DNA from: Mobula hypostoma
Lineage: Eukaryota
Reading direction: 5' to 3'
DNA length: 64,000 nt
NCBI RefSeq assembly: GCF_963921235.1
Contig: NC_086098.1
Coordinates: 620,001-684,000, forward strand
Within the stretch, counting starts at the first letter, position 1, and every line of letters begins with the position of its first letter. Shown piece after piece: positions 34,901 to 47,407 of this stretch. A program made the translations under genes and the position numbers. The notes beneath the pieces are model-generated. The model searched no databases, was not told the origin of the DNA, and saw only the letters and a list, made by a program, of their open reading frames with translations.

Positions 34901-36994
34901 TAAATAACTCTACTGGGTGTTTTTTATCAACCACCCAATAATAACAGGGACATTGAGGAGCAGATAGGGAGACAGATTCTGGAAAGGTGTAATAATAACA
35001 AGGTTGTTGCGGTGGGAGATTTTAATTTCCCAAATATTGATTAGCATATCACTAGAGTGAGGGGCTTAGATGGGGTGGAGTTTGTTAGGTGTGTTCAGGA
35101 AGGTTTCCTGACACAATATGTAGATAATCCACAAGAGGAGAGGCTATACATTATCTGGTATTGGGAAATGAACCTGGTCAGGTGTCAGGACTCTCAGTGG
35201 GAGAGCATTTTGGAGATAGTGATCACAATTCTATCTCCTTTACCATAGCATTGGAGAGGGATAGGATCAGACAAGTTAGGGAAATGTTTAATTGGAGTAA
35301 GGGGAAATATGAAGCTATCAGGCAGGAACTTTAAAGCATAAATTGGAAACAGATATTCTCAGGGAAACGTACGGAAGAAATGTGGCAAATGTTCAGGGGA
35401 TATTTGTGTGGGGTTCTGCGTAGATATGTTCCAATAAGACAGGGAAAGGATGGTAGAGTACAGGCTGTTGTAAATCTAGTCAAGAAGGAAAGAAGAGCTT
35501 ATGAAAGGTTCAAAAAACTAGTTAATGAAGGAGATCTAGAATGATGGTAAGGCTAGCAGGAAGGAGCTTAAGAATAAAATTAGGAAAGCCAGAAGGGGCC
35601 ATGAGAAGGCCTTGGTGGACAGGATTAAAGAAAACCCCAAGGCATGTATGTGAAGAGCAAGAGGATAGGAGCAATCAAGTGTGACAGTGGAAAACTGTGT
35701 ATGGAACCGGAGGAGATGGCAGAGGTATATAATGAATACTTTACTTCAGTGAACCTTGGTGATTGTAGGGATGACTTACAGTGGATTGAAAAGCTTGAGC
35801 ATGTAGATATTAAGAAAGAGGATGTGCTGGAGCTTTTGGAAAGCATCAAGTTGGATAAGTCACTGGGACCAGACGGGATGTACCCCAGGCTACTGTGGGA
35901 AGCGAGGGAGGAGATTGCTGAGCTTCTGGTGATGATCTTTGCATCATCAATGAGGACGGAAGAGGTTCAGGAGGATTGGAGGTTGTGGATGTTGTGACCT
36001 TATTCAAGAAAGGGAGTAGAGATAGCCCAGGAAATTATAGACTAGCAAGTCTTACTTCAGTGGTTGGTAAGTTGATGGAGAAGATCCTGAGAGGTAGGAT
36101 TTATGAACATTTGGAGAGGCATAGTATGATTAGGAATAGTCAGCATGGCTTTGTCAAAGGCAGGTCATGCCTTACGAACCTGATTGGATTTTTTGAAGAT
36201 GTGACTAAACACATTGATGAAGGTAGAGCCATAGATGTAGTGTATATGGATTTTAGCAAGGTATTTGATAAGGTACCCCATGCAAGGCTTATTGAGAAAG
36301 TAAGGAGGCATGGGATCCAAGGGGACATTGCTTTGTGGATCCAGAACTGGCTAGCCCACAGAAGACAAAGTGTAGTTGTAGACGGGACATATTCTGCATG
36401 GAGACTAGTGATCAGTGGTGTGCTTCAGGGATCTGTTCCGGGACCCCTGCTCTTTGTGATTTTTATAAATGACCTGGATGAGGAAGTGGAGGGATGGGTT
36501 TGTAAATTTGATGCTGACATAAAGGTTGGGGTGTTGTGGATAGTGTATAGGGTTGTCAGAGGTTACAGCGGGACATTGATAGGATGCAAAAATGGGCTGA
36601 GAAGTGGCAGGTGTTGTTCAACCCAGATAAGTATGAGGTGGTTCATTTTGAGATAATGAGAGGCATTGATCGTGTGGATAGCTAGAGGCTTTTTCCCAGG
36701 GCTGAAATGGCTAGCACGGGAGGGCATAGTTTTAAGGTGCTTGGAAGTAGGTACAGAGGAAATGTTATGGGTATGTTTTTTACACAGAGTGGTGAGTGCG
36801 TGGAATGGGCTGCCAGCAGCGGTGGTGGAGGCAGAAACAATAGGATCTTTTAAGAGACTCCTGGATGAATACATGGAGCTTAGAAAAACAGAGGGCTATG
36901 GGTAAGCCTAAGTAATTTCTAAGGTAGGGACATGTTCGGTACAGCTTTGTGGGCCGAAGGGCTTGTTTCGTGCTGTAGGTTTTCTATGTTTCTA
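34901..36994 (+). mobile_element. 5'-truncated CR1 (APE-RT) with an internal deletion near 36652
   Basis: ORFs 35057, 35644 and 35976; TTTCTATG tail. Confidence 0.9.
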
Positions 36995-37169
36995 ACAAAG
37001 AATAATGAATATCCATTGTACAAAAGAGGCCAGATCATGCAAATAATAAACAGTTTTTCAAATCTAAATAAATAATACCCAGAGCATGAGTTATTGTGTC
37101 CTTGAAATTGCAGGACACAATAATAGGTTGTGGAGTCAGTTCAGTATTGAAGTAAGTGCAGTCTTCCAT

Positions 37170-38180
37170 GTTGGTTTGCTGATGACACCACTGTTACAGG
37201 CTGATTCAAGGGTGGAGATGCATCAGCATGTAGGAGGAAGAATGAAAATTTGGCTGAACGGTGCCACAAGAACTTCTTACTCAATGTCAGTAGGACCAAA
37301 AAGCTGATTATTGACTTCAGGAGGAGGAAATCTGAGGTCCATGAGCCAATGATAGAGAGGGTCAACAACTTTAAATTCCTAGGTATTACTATTTTGAACG
37401 ATCTGTCCTAGACCCAGCACATAAATACCTTTACAACAAAAGCACAGCAGTGCCTCTTCTTCCTTCAGAGTTTGCAAAGATTTGGCATGACATCTAAAAC
37501 TTTGACTAACATCTATAGATGTGTGGTGGGGAGTATATTGATTGGCTGCATTACAGCTGGTGTGAAAACACCAACAGCTTTGAATGGAAAATCCTAGAAG
37601 TATAAATAAGGCCATGTCCATCACGGGTAAAACACTCCCCACCATTGAGCACATCTACATAGTTTTGTCGCAGGAAAGCAGTATCTATCATCCAGGACCC
37701 CAAACACCCAGGTCTAGCTTTCTTCTCACTGCTGCCGTTAGGAGCCTTAGGGATCACACCACCAGGTTCAAGGTCACTTCTCAACCATCGGGCTCCTGAA
37801 CTAGAGGGGATAACCTCACTTGCCCCATCACTGAACTGTTCAAACAACCTATGGACTCACTTTCAAAGGACTCTTTATCTCATGTTCTCGATATTCATTG
37901 TTTGTTTATTTATTATTACTATGGTTTTATTTTTATTTTGATGATACCAGTTGTAGATATTACCAATGGGACAATGTGCATGATCCATAGACTTTCAATT
38001 TCTTCTTCTAATTCAGCATTTTTCTGTTTTTCACTTATTGATTTCCGTATGTTATCTACATTTGGAATGGTTTGGTGTGTTTTTTCTTTATTTTTGTATT
38101 TTCACAGTTTGTTGTATTTTGCACACTAGTTGTCCACCCTATTGGTGTGCTCTTTCACTGATTCTAATATAATTATTGAA
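37170..38180 (+). mobile_element. Rex1/Babar LINE remnant (RT C-half and 3'UTR)
   Basis: Degenerate FADDTTV..ENLAE.C..LLNVSRTKKLIIDFRR, FKFLG, KAQQCLFFL. Confidence 0.75.
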
Positions 38181-38650
38181 TTGACTTTATTCTTACATCC
38201 TTCACATACGTGAGGAGTAAAAATCTTTATGTAACATCTCCATCTAAGTGTGCAATCTGCGATTTATAGTAATTTGTAATAAATAGTATGGACAACAGGA
38301 CATCCAATATAACATAGAAATACAATTGTATCAGCGAGAGTTAATCAGTCTATGGCCTGGTGGAAGAAGCTGTCCCCGAGCCTGTTTATCCTGGATTTTA
38401 TGCTGTGGTACCATTTCCCGGATGGAAGCAGCTGAAACAGTTGGTGGTTGAGGCGACTCAGGTCCCCAAAGATCCTTCAGGTCCTTTTTACGCACCTGTC
38501 TCTGTAAATGTCCTGAATATGGGGAAGCTAACATCCACAGATGCACTGGGCTATCCGCACCACTCTCTGCAGAGTCCTGCGACTGAGGGAAGTACAGTTC
38601 ACATTCCAGGCAGTGATGCAGCCAGTTGGTGCTCTCAGTTGTGCCCCCAT
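38181..38650 (-). mobile_element. Rex1/Babar LINE 3' fragment
   Basis: RTLQRVVRIAQCI..DSFFHQAI on the minus strand, followed by a 3'UTR. Confidence 0.65.
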
Positions 38651-38775
38651 AGGATATGTTGAGTATGCCCACAAGAAAATGAATCTCAAAGTTGTATATG
38701 GCGACATATAGGTACTTTAATAATAAATTTCCTTTGAACTTTGACCATTGGTTCAAGAGCCTTATAGTTATATGG

Positions 38776-39596
38776 TGTGACGGGGTCCTGAATTACCCCT
38801 ATGAACTGTGCTTTTGAAAAGAGAGAGAGAGAGAGTTATTTAACATCAACATGTTATTTCGAGAAGAGAGAGAGAGATGAAGACTGCTCACAGGTTGTTG
38901 ATACTTCTCAAGGACATTTGCCTGCTGGCATTTCTTACACAGAGAGAGGAAGGGGGACTTATTTGAATGACAGTTGGTACTCAGTACAGTGAGATAAATA
39001 AGAGGTCAGATGATATAGACCTCAGACACATGTTTTGGACACTGAATGAGCTTTGTTGTGCCCGCAGAAAAAGTGGGTTTTTGGAGGATCGATCAGGCAG
39101 ATTGGTCAGTGGCTCTTGTAGTGAAAAGAAAAGGGGTTGACTGATGGGGAGTTGACCATGTGTCCACCCTTGCCTGGGTGATAGCTCCACCACAGAGAAC
39201 TGGTCCCCTTTGTTGTGGTCACAGTCGGTGATTTTTAAAGGATTTCGGAGGACAACGAGAAGATCGACGGCGTCAGCTCACCTGAAGACTCCATCTCTCC
39301 CTCTCTCTCTCTCCATCACTACTCAACTCAATACCATGAACTGAACTGAACTTTACTCATCATCGTAAGACTGTATCTTTTTACCCCTAGACTTGAAGAA
39401 GCTTGGTTTTCACATATATTTCCACACTTATTGATTTACTTACTTAAATATAATCATTGCTAACCTGTTTGATCTATCTACATTTATATTACTATTGCAT
39501 AGTTACTAATAAATATTATTAGTTAATAGCAATACTGGACTCCAAAGTGTTTTCCATCTCTGCTGGTTCTTTATTCCCGTCACGGGGTACGTGACA
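38776..39596 (+). mobile_element. Solo LTR (family X, copy 1)
   Basis: TGTGAC...GTGACA termini, 5-bp TSD TATGG (38771-75 and 39597-601), AATAAA near 39508; second copy at 43805. Confidence 0.88.
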
Positions 39597-39639
39597 TATG
39601 GTAATTCCTAAACCTGCTGGTGTGCGACCTTAGGCTCGG

Positions 39640-40060
39640 TGTGACGTAGGCCCGTCACTGACTACGGACGGCACATGGTGCACTTGGTAAAACACTCATC
39701 CCCAGCAGTAATAGTGACTGGGTCTGAACTAGAGCTGCTGCATGGAGCTGTCTCATATCGAGGCAGCAGCGACCTGCACAGGTGTGCTGATGGTGGAGGA
39801 TGCTATCTCTAATTGGATAATTGAGTTAATTAGCGTTTGGTTGGTCTAGCGGAAGGGGCTTAGCAACTATAAGCCTCAGGTTACCAAGGCTTTGGGGTTA
39901 GTTTTTATATCTATCTATTTATTTATTTATTTATTTATTGGGTTCCCCCCCCCCAGTTTTTGTCTTGTTTTGAGGTAAATAAAAGCACCTCAATCTAGTT
40001 TTGCGACTCAAGCCATCTTGTTATTTTTCTTAAACAATTGACCCACAGTTTTTTGTGACA
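39640..40060 (+). mobile_element. Solo LTR (family Y)
   Basis: TGTGAC...GTGACA termini, 5-bp TSD CTCGG (39635-39 and 40061-65), TATAA and AATAAA motifs. Confidence 0.85.
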
Positions 40061-40334
40061 CTCGGGTACCTCCGGCCTGATGGAAGTGGTAAGAAGAGAG
40101 CATGACCTGGATGGTGGCGATCCTTGATGATGGCTGCTGTTTCTTGTGGCAGTACTCCTCGGAGATGTGCTCAAAGAATTTTGTAAAATTTATCAGATAT
40201 AAAGTATTATTTCTTAGTAATGTAGCCTCTGCCTGTTATAATGAAAAAGCTTTTCTACTCTCACACTAAAGTTATTTCACACATTCAACAGATTTAGGCA
40301 GATGTTAAAATATCTGAACTTTATAACCAGAACA

Positions 40335-40555
40335 TCACACATAAAATGCTAGAGGAACTCAGCAGGGCAGGCAGCATCTATGGAAATGAATAAACAGTCA
40401 ACCACTCGGACCAAAACCCTGCTTCAGGACTGGAAATGAAGGGGGAAGAAGCCAGAGTAAAAAGGTGAGGGGAGGGGAAGGACGATAAGCTGGCAGGTAG
40501 TAGCTAAAGCCAAGTGGGTAGAGGAGGATGAAGGAAGAAGCTGGGAGGTGATTAT
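40335..40555 (-). mobile_element. Old PLE 3' repeat fragment with a decayed hammerhead
   Basis: Similar to 28545-28760; minus strand CAGUC-CUGAAGC-..-GAGU..GACUG. Confidence 0.65.
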
Positions 40556-41336
40556 TCTCCATTTTATAAAACTTTTGTAAGTTTCTTTTATTTTTCTTAC
40601 AAGTTTTTTTATAATCCATCAGCCTCCTTTCATATATTGTTCATACTTGTCTATACTCTGCTCATTTCTCATTGGTTTATCAAAGCCAACTTAATTATCT
40701 CAGTCTGTTTAGCATCATAAATGTCCCTGTCAGATTGGGTATTATAATACTAGGTCTCTGTTGTATATGCAAGCAGCTTCTACATTCCTATTTCATTCTT
40801 CACAATATTACAAAATATAATTTTCAGCATCTGCAATAGAAACATTGATATTACTGTACATGGATTCTAAATTGCAAAAAGGAAATTCAATAAACAAACT
40901 GCGAAAGAATCTGAAAGGTTCATTGTGCAGTAAATCAGCCAAATACATATGTAGAAGTGAAAATAGGTAATCGACTTATTTACAAAGCCATGCATGTTTA
41001 TATATGCCTACTGGCTAAAATGAAAATCTGCATTTGATGGTAACAAGAAGACAGGCCTCATTATGGAATGGATTCATAAGACAGTTTGTTAGCTTTCTAC
41101 CAATGTGAACTGTGGGTACAGTGTGCCTGTTCACAGCTCCCATCTGTCAAATCAGACTCTTTTCAATGCTCAGCATGGAAAAGGAACATGCTTTCCTGAT
41201 CTGGATGATATGGATTATGTTTTCTCTAGTGTGTTGCAAGAGGCTACATGTAACCCTTGGTGTTGGGCACTGTATCTACAGATATAAAGTCAATTCCAGT
41301 AATCCTTTAATATTGGTGACTGTACCTATAGATATA

Positions 41337-42132
41337 CAGTGAATTCCAGTAAATTGAGGCCTCAGTTAATCAGGGCAGCCACTTATTTGGGACAACTCCT
41401 AAAAAACTAATTAAGAAAATAGCTCTGGTTCCCTTTGTTAATTTGGGACGCTATGTCGCTTTATTAGGAGAAAGGACTGTTGCCAGTTTCTGCATAATGT
41501 CAGTCGTGTGCACTTGTGTGACCGTTAGCTATTATACCATTCTTAGAGTGAATGATTTTTAAATAGTGTCTTTTGCATGCATTTGCATTCAAAAGCAGTG
41601 ATTTTTGTCACTGATAGTTTGCAAGAAGTAAACAGTAAAATAATTCAGAACTGTTTTGCTCACGGTGGCTTCAAGCATTCAGGCTTGGAGAGGTCTGAAA
41701 TGGATAGGAGTGAAAATGAAGAGATTTCACAACCTCAACAAGTTAGGACTACAAAGAATTTGAAGGTATCAAAAATCGCCTTGACTGTTATAATGAAAAT
41801 GAAGATTTCAAAGACAGTCCATTATCTGCACTAGATGTCTGCACTGATTTTGTTAATTTACAGTCAATCAAAAAACATTGGCAACATACACTGGACAAAT
41901 TCCTCCAACTATTAGGAACTAATACAGTTTTATAGTACTGTAGTAGTATTGATAGTGTTCTAATTTGTTCTGTAGTTCACTTAGATATATAATATGTTAT
42001 TCAGTTAAATGGTAGTTTGTCTTTTTTATACCTTTTTAACTATTTCTATGACACTTCGGATAACTGAGGAAGCCAGTTAATTGGGCCAAAATGTACTGGT
42101 CCTCATGTGTCCCAATTAACTGAAATCCACTA
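41337..42132 (+). mobile_element. Tigger-type non-autonomous DNA transposon
   Basis: TIRs CAGTGAATTCCAGTAAATTG and (rc) TAGTGGATTTCAGTTAATTG, TA flanks; transposase remnant AVIFVTDSLQEVNSKIIQNCFAHGGF. Confidence 0.8.
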
Positions 42133-42394
42133 TATTTCACATCTCCAAGGATCACCATCTTGCCGCGGTGATGAGTAATGCCATCAGAAATTTAGCCATC
42201 TGGTGCTTAGTTCCTTGTAGGGTGACCCATGATGATAAGGTCAAGGAGTAGGTTTCAGAAACTGAGTGATTCAACCAAGACCTCAAAGGTGGGGCTGAGA
42301 CTATCCTTGTGTGTGGTCATTCACACATGCACTTCAGTTATAACCTACCTGTCCTGATGAATGACATAAACGTTCACTATTTATTTCTCTCCAT

Positions 42395-42478
42395 TGATGC
42401 TACCTGACCTGCCAAGTTCCTCCTGCAGTTTTGTGTGTTAATCTGGATTTCCAACATCTACAGTATCTCTTGTGTTTA
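42395..42478 (+). mobile_element. PLE 3' terminal fragment
   Basis: GATGCTACCTGACCTGC..TTTTGTGTGT..TTTCCAACATCTACAG resembles the PLE terminus. Confidence 0.6.
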
Positions 42479-42519
42479 TTATCCATCTGCCTCTTTTCAT
42501 TCCAACTATTGACTTCTGT

Positions 42520-43665
42520 ATTATAAGACCATAAGACCATAGAACATAGGAAAAGAATTAAGCCACTTGGTCCATCGAGTCTGCACCACCATTCAATCAT
42601 GGCTGATCCTTTTTTCCTATCTTTGGCCCCACTTTCTGGCCTTCTCCCTGTTATTTTTGATGCTGTCAAACCAGAGCCATCAAATGTTCCTCATATGATA
42701 ATGCTTTAATTTTCAGAAGCATTGTCTGAACCCTCTCCAACACCAACAAATCTTTTTCTTAGATGAAGAGCCTAAAACTGTCCAAAATACTCAAGGTGAG
42801 GCCCCACCAGTGAATTATATAGCTTCAGCATCTTACGTAGGTACCTTGATACAACAGCTATCACTAAAGAGGTACTGCTGAGAAAATTTGTGGACCTGAA
42901 GATAGGTAAGTCTCCTGGTCCTGATGGGATGCATCCCAGGGTACTAAAAATAATAGCAGAAGTTATAGTAGAGGCTTTGGTGATAATTTTGCCAAAATTC
43001 TCTGAACTCTGGACAGGTCCCAGTGGATTGGAAGATGGCAAATGTCACACTGTTCAAAAAAGGATGTAGACAAAAGGCAGGGAACTATAGGCCAGTTAGT
43101 TTAACATCTATAGTTGGGAAAATGCTTGAAGCTATCATTAAAGAAGAAATAGCAAAGCATTTGGACAGAAGTGAATCCCTCAGGTAAACGCAGCATGAAT
43201 TCAGCAAATGCAGGTCTTGTTTGACAAATTTACTGGAGTTCTTTAAGGATATAGCGAGCGCAATGGATAGAGGGGAACAGATGGACGTTATTTATTTTGA
43301 TTTCCAGAAGGCGTTTGATAAGGTGCCACATAAAAGACTTATCCATAAGATAAGGATGCACAGAGTTGAGGGTGAAATATCAGTTTAGATAGAGAATTGG
43401 TTAACTAGAGAGTTGGGATACATGAGTGTTACTCTGGTTGGCAATCAGTAGTGAGCAGCGTGCCACAGGTGTCAGTGCTGGGCCTGCAACTGTTCACGAT
43501 ATACATTAACGATCTGGAAGAGGGAACCAAGTGTAGTGTACCTAAGTTTGCTGATGACACTAATCGAGTGGAAAAGCAAACTGTGCAGAAGATAGAGAGT
43601 CTGAAGAGAGATATAGAAAGGTTAAGTAAGTGAGCAAGGGTCTGGCAGATGGAGTACAATGTTGG
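42520..43665. mobile_element. CR1 insertion with a 5' inversion (3' end on minus 42520-42835; RT on plus 42840-43665)
   Basis: CATAAGAC tail; LVGPHLEY on minus; KSPGPDG..FADD..WQMEYNVG on plus. Confidence 0.75.
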
Positions 43666-43804
43666 TGTAATGCGCTGTAAGGTTTCACTGCTAAAGTAAT
43701 GACATTTCTGTAATGTTTCACTGTTAATGTAACGGTTTCTCTGTAGCCGTAATGTTTGGGTTATGACTAGAGATAATGGTGGCTTGGAATGTGCTCTATC
43801 TAAT
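43666..43804 (+). mobile_element. Probable 5' part of another LTR
   Basis: Starts TGTAA abruptly inside the CR1, has short internal repeats, and is cut by the LTR at 43805. Confidence 0.4.
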
Positions 43805-44936
43805 TGTGACGGGGTCCTGAATTATCCCTATGAACTGTGCTCGATAACTCCTATGAACTGTGCTTTTGAAAAGAGAGAGAGAGAGAGAGGTATTTAACAC
43901 CGATATCTTGTTTTGGAAAGAGAGAGAGAAAGAAAGGGAGAGAGAGATGAAGACTAACTGTTGGACTGTCACTTTAAGGCACGAGAAAGAACTGGCTAAC
44001 TTTTGGATTTCTGCTGAGTTGGAGATGGCACCGAGCAGCTCGTAAGTTGCCATGGTGCTAAGGGGCGTTATTTGATGGACAATTGATGTTATGATTTTTC
44101 CAACAGCCTGTTTATACTTTACCATAGAAACCATAGAAACTACAGCACAGAAACAGGCCTTTTGGCCCTTGGCTGTGCCGAACCATTTTCTGCCTAGTCC
44201 CACTGACCTGCACACGGACCATATCCCTCCATACTTTTTTCAAGGATATTTGCCTGCTTGTACATTTCTTACACAGAGAGAGGAAGGAGGAGTTATTTGA
44301 ATGACAGCTGGTATCTAGTACAGTGAGATAAATAGGAGGTCAGATGATATAGACCTCAGACATATGTTTTGGACACTAAATGAGCTTTGTTGTGCCTGCA
44401 GAAAAAGTGGGTTTTTGGAGGATCGATCAGGCGGATCGATCACTGACTCTTGCAGTGAAAAGGAAAAGGGATGACTGGTGGGGAGTTGTCCATGTGTCCA
44501 CCCTTGCCTGGATGATAGCTCCACCACAGAAAACCGGTCCCCTTTGTTGTGGTCACAGTCGGTGACTTTTAAAGGATATCGAAGGACAATGAGAAGATCG
44601 ACTGCGTCAGCTCACCTGAAGACTCAGATCTCTCCCTCTCTCTCTCTCCATCGCTACTCAACTCAACACCATGAACTGAACTGAACTGAACTTTACTCAT
44701 CATCGTATGACTGCATCTTTTTACCCCTAGACTTAAAGAAGCCTGGTTTTCACATATATTTCCACACTTATTGATTTACTTATATATATAATCATTGCTA
44801 ACCTGTTTGATTTGTTTACATTTATATTGCTGTATTGCGTACTTACTAATAAATATTATTAGTCAATAGCAATACTGGACTCCAAAGTGTGCTCCATCTC
44901 TGCTGGTTCTTTATTCCCGTCACAGGGTACGTGACA
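43805..44936 (+). mobile_element. Solo LTR (family X, copy 2) carrying a CR1 3'-tail insertion at about 44120-44232
   Basis: Homologous end to end with 38776-39596; flanks TAAT/CAAT; the inserted tail matches 31180-31297. Confidence 0.88.
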
Positions 44937-44941
44937 CAATG

Positions 44942-45800
44942 AACATAGAACATAGAATAGTACAGCACAGTACAGGCCCTTCCTCCCACAATGTTGTGCC
45001 GACCCTCAAACCCTGCCTCCCATATAACCCCCCACCTTAAATTCCTCCATATACCTGTCTAGTAGTCTCTTAAATTTCACTAGTGTATCTGCCTCCACCA
45101 CTGACTCAGGCAGTGCATTCCACGCACCAACCACTCTCTGAGTAAAAAACCTTCCTCTAATATCCCCCTTGAACTTCCCACCCCTTACCTTAAAGCCGTG
45201 TCCTCTTGTATTGAGCAGTGGTGCCCTGGGGAAGAGACGCTGGCTATCCACTCTATCTATTCCTCTTAATATCTTGTATACCTCTATCATGTGTCCTCTC
45301 ATCCTCCTTCTCTCCAAAGAATAAAGCTCTAGCTCCCTTAATCTCTGATCATAATCCATACTCTCTAAACCAGACAGCATCCTGGTAAATCTCCTCTGTT
45401 CCCTTTCCAATGCTTCCACATCCTTCCTATAATGAGGCGACCAGAACTGGACACAGTACTCCAACTGTGGCCTAACCGGAGTTTTATAGAACTGCATCAT
45501 TACCTCGTGACTCTTAAACTCTATCCCTTGACTTGTGAAAGCTAACACCCCATAAGCTTTCTTAACTACCCCATCCACCTGTGAGGCAACTTTCAGGGAT
45601 TTGTGGACATGTACCTCCTGATCCCTCTGCTCCTCCGCACTACCAAGTATCCTGCCATTTACTTTGTACTCTGCCTTGGAGTTTGTCCTTCCAAAGTATA
45701 CCACCTCACACTTCTCCCGATTGAACTCCATCTGCCACTTCTCAGTCCACTTTTGCATCCTATCAATGTCTCTCTGCAATTTTCTACAATCCTCTACACT
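44942..45800 (-). mobile_element. CR1 subfamily B 3' fragment
   Basis: ORF 45006 matches the C-terminus of 24197-24940. Confidence 0.92.
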
Positions 45801-45809
45801 GTATCCACA

Positions 45810-46206
45810 TAGGTCCTCCCCCTCGTACCCCATCTGTTATTTATTTATTTATATACACACATTCTTTTTCTCTCTCTCCTTTTTCTCCCTTTGTCCTTCT
45901 GACTATACCCCTTGCCCATCCTCTGAGCTTCCCCCTCCCCCTTTTCTTTCTCCCTAGGCCTCCTGCCCCATGATCCTCTCATATCCCTTTTGCCAATCAA
46001 CTGTCCAGCTCTTGGCTCCATCCCTCCCCCTCCTGTCTTTTCGTATAATTTTGGATCTCCCCCTCCCCCTCCCACTTTCAAATCTCTTACTAACTCTTCT
46101 TTCAGTTAGTCCTGACAAAGGGTCTCGGCCTGAAACTTCGACTGTACCTCTTCCTAGAGATGCTGCCTGGCCTGCTGCGTTCACCAGCAACTTTTATGTG
46201 TGTCGC
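45810..46206 (+). mobile_element. PLE 3' repeat (pLTR) copy with a mutated hammerhead at 46108-46143
   Basis: Reverse-complement homologue of 28540-28930; core reads CUGACAA..GAAACUUC. Confidence 0.85.
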
Positions 46207-46812
46207 ATACAATTTGTTCCTCCAGAAGGATATGACAGAAACACAAGACAAACCAAGACAAAAAAACCTGACAAAAACCACATAATTATAACATATAGTT
46301 ACAAAAGTGAAGAGCAATACTGTAATTTGATGAAGAACAGACCATGGATACGGTAAAAAAAAAGTGTCTCAAAGTCTCTCGAAAGTCCCATCATCTCATG
46401 CAGATGGTTGAAGGGAGAAACTTTTCCTGCCATGAGCTACCAGTGCTGCACCTTGCTGATGTAGCATCCTGGAAGCACCTGACCACAGTCCGACTCTGAG
46501 TACATCTGAAAACTTCGAGCCTCCAACCAGCCCTCTGACATCGAGCACCAAGCACCATCTCTACTGAGTGCTCCCAGCAACAGGCAATAGGCAAAGCCGA
46601 GGATTTGGGGCCTTCCCCTCCGGAGATTCTTGATCACATAGTAGCAGTGGCAGCGAAGCAGGCTTTCAGATGTTTCTCCAGATGTTCCTCCGTGCTTCTC
46701 ACGTCCGTCTCCATGAAATCAGGATTGTGCATGGCCCCTATTTAACAAATACGACATCAATTCGAAGTGGCCGCGCACACTGCATCACGCTGCCATCTTC
46801 TCCTCCCCTCCT
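46207..46812 (-). repeat. Unclassified non-coding interspersed repeat (SINE-like)
   Basis: Diverged inverted homologue of 48566-49100. Confidence 0.6.
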
Positions 46813-47407
46813 AATTAAACTGCATCTGCCATGCATCACCCACTCACCCAACCTGTCCAAGTCACCCTGCATTCTCATAACATCCTCCTCACATTTCACA
46901 CTGCCACCCAGCTTTGTGTCATCTGCAAATTTGCTAATGTTGCGTTTAATCCCTTCATCTAAATCATTAATGTATATTGTAAACAGCTGCGGTCCTAGCA
47001 CTGAACCCTGCGGTACCCCACTGGTCACTGCCTGCCATTCTGAAAGGGACCCATTAATCGCTACTCTTTGTTTCCTGTCTTCCAACCAATTTTCCATCCA
47101 TGACAGTACCCTACCCCCAATATCATGTGCTCCAATTTTGTCCACTAATCTCCCATGTGGAACCTTATCAAAAGCTTTCTGAAAGTCCAGGCACACTACA
47201 TCCACTGGCTCTCCCTTGTCCATTTTCTTAGTTGCATCCTCAAAAAACTCCAGAAGATTCCCCTTCGTAAATCCATGCTGACTCAGACCGATCCTGTTAC
47301 TGCTATCCAAATGTGTCACTATTTCATCTTTTATAATTGACTCCAGCATCTTCCCCACCACTGATGTCAGGCTAACTGATTTATAATTCCCTGTTTTCTC
47401 TCTCCCT
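46813..47407 (-). mobile_element. CR1 RT fragment
   Basis: GNYKSVSLTS..LDFQKAFD..FADD. Confidence 0.88.

Noticed and set aside
41105..41342. Short ORFs as a host exon
   Set aside because: No recognisable domain and no clear splice-site pair
38776..44936. Two family-X LTRs as the ends of one 6-kb provirus
   Set aside because: Copy 1 has its own TSD on both sides, and the interval holds no gag/pol, only unrelated repeats
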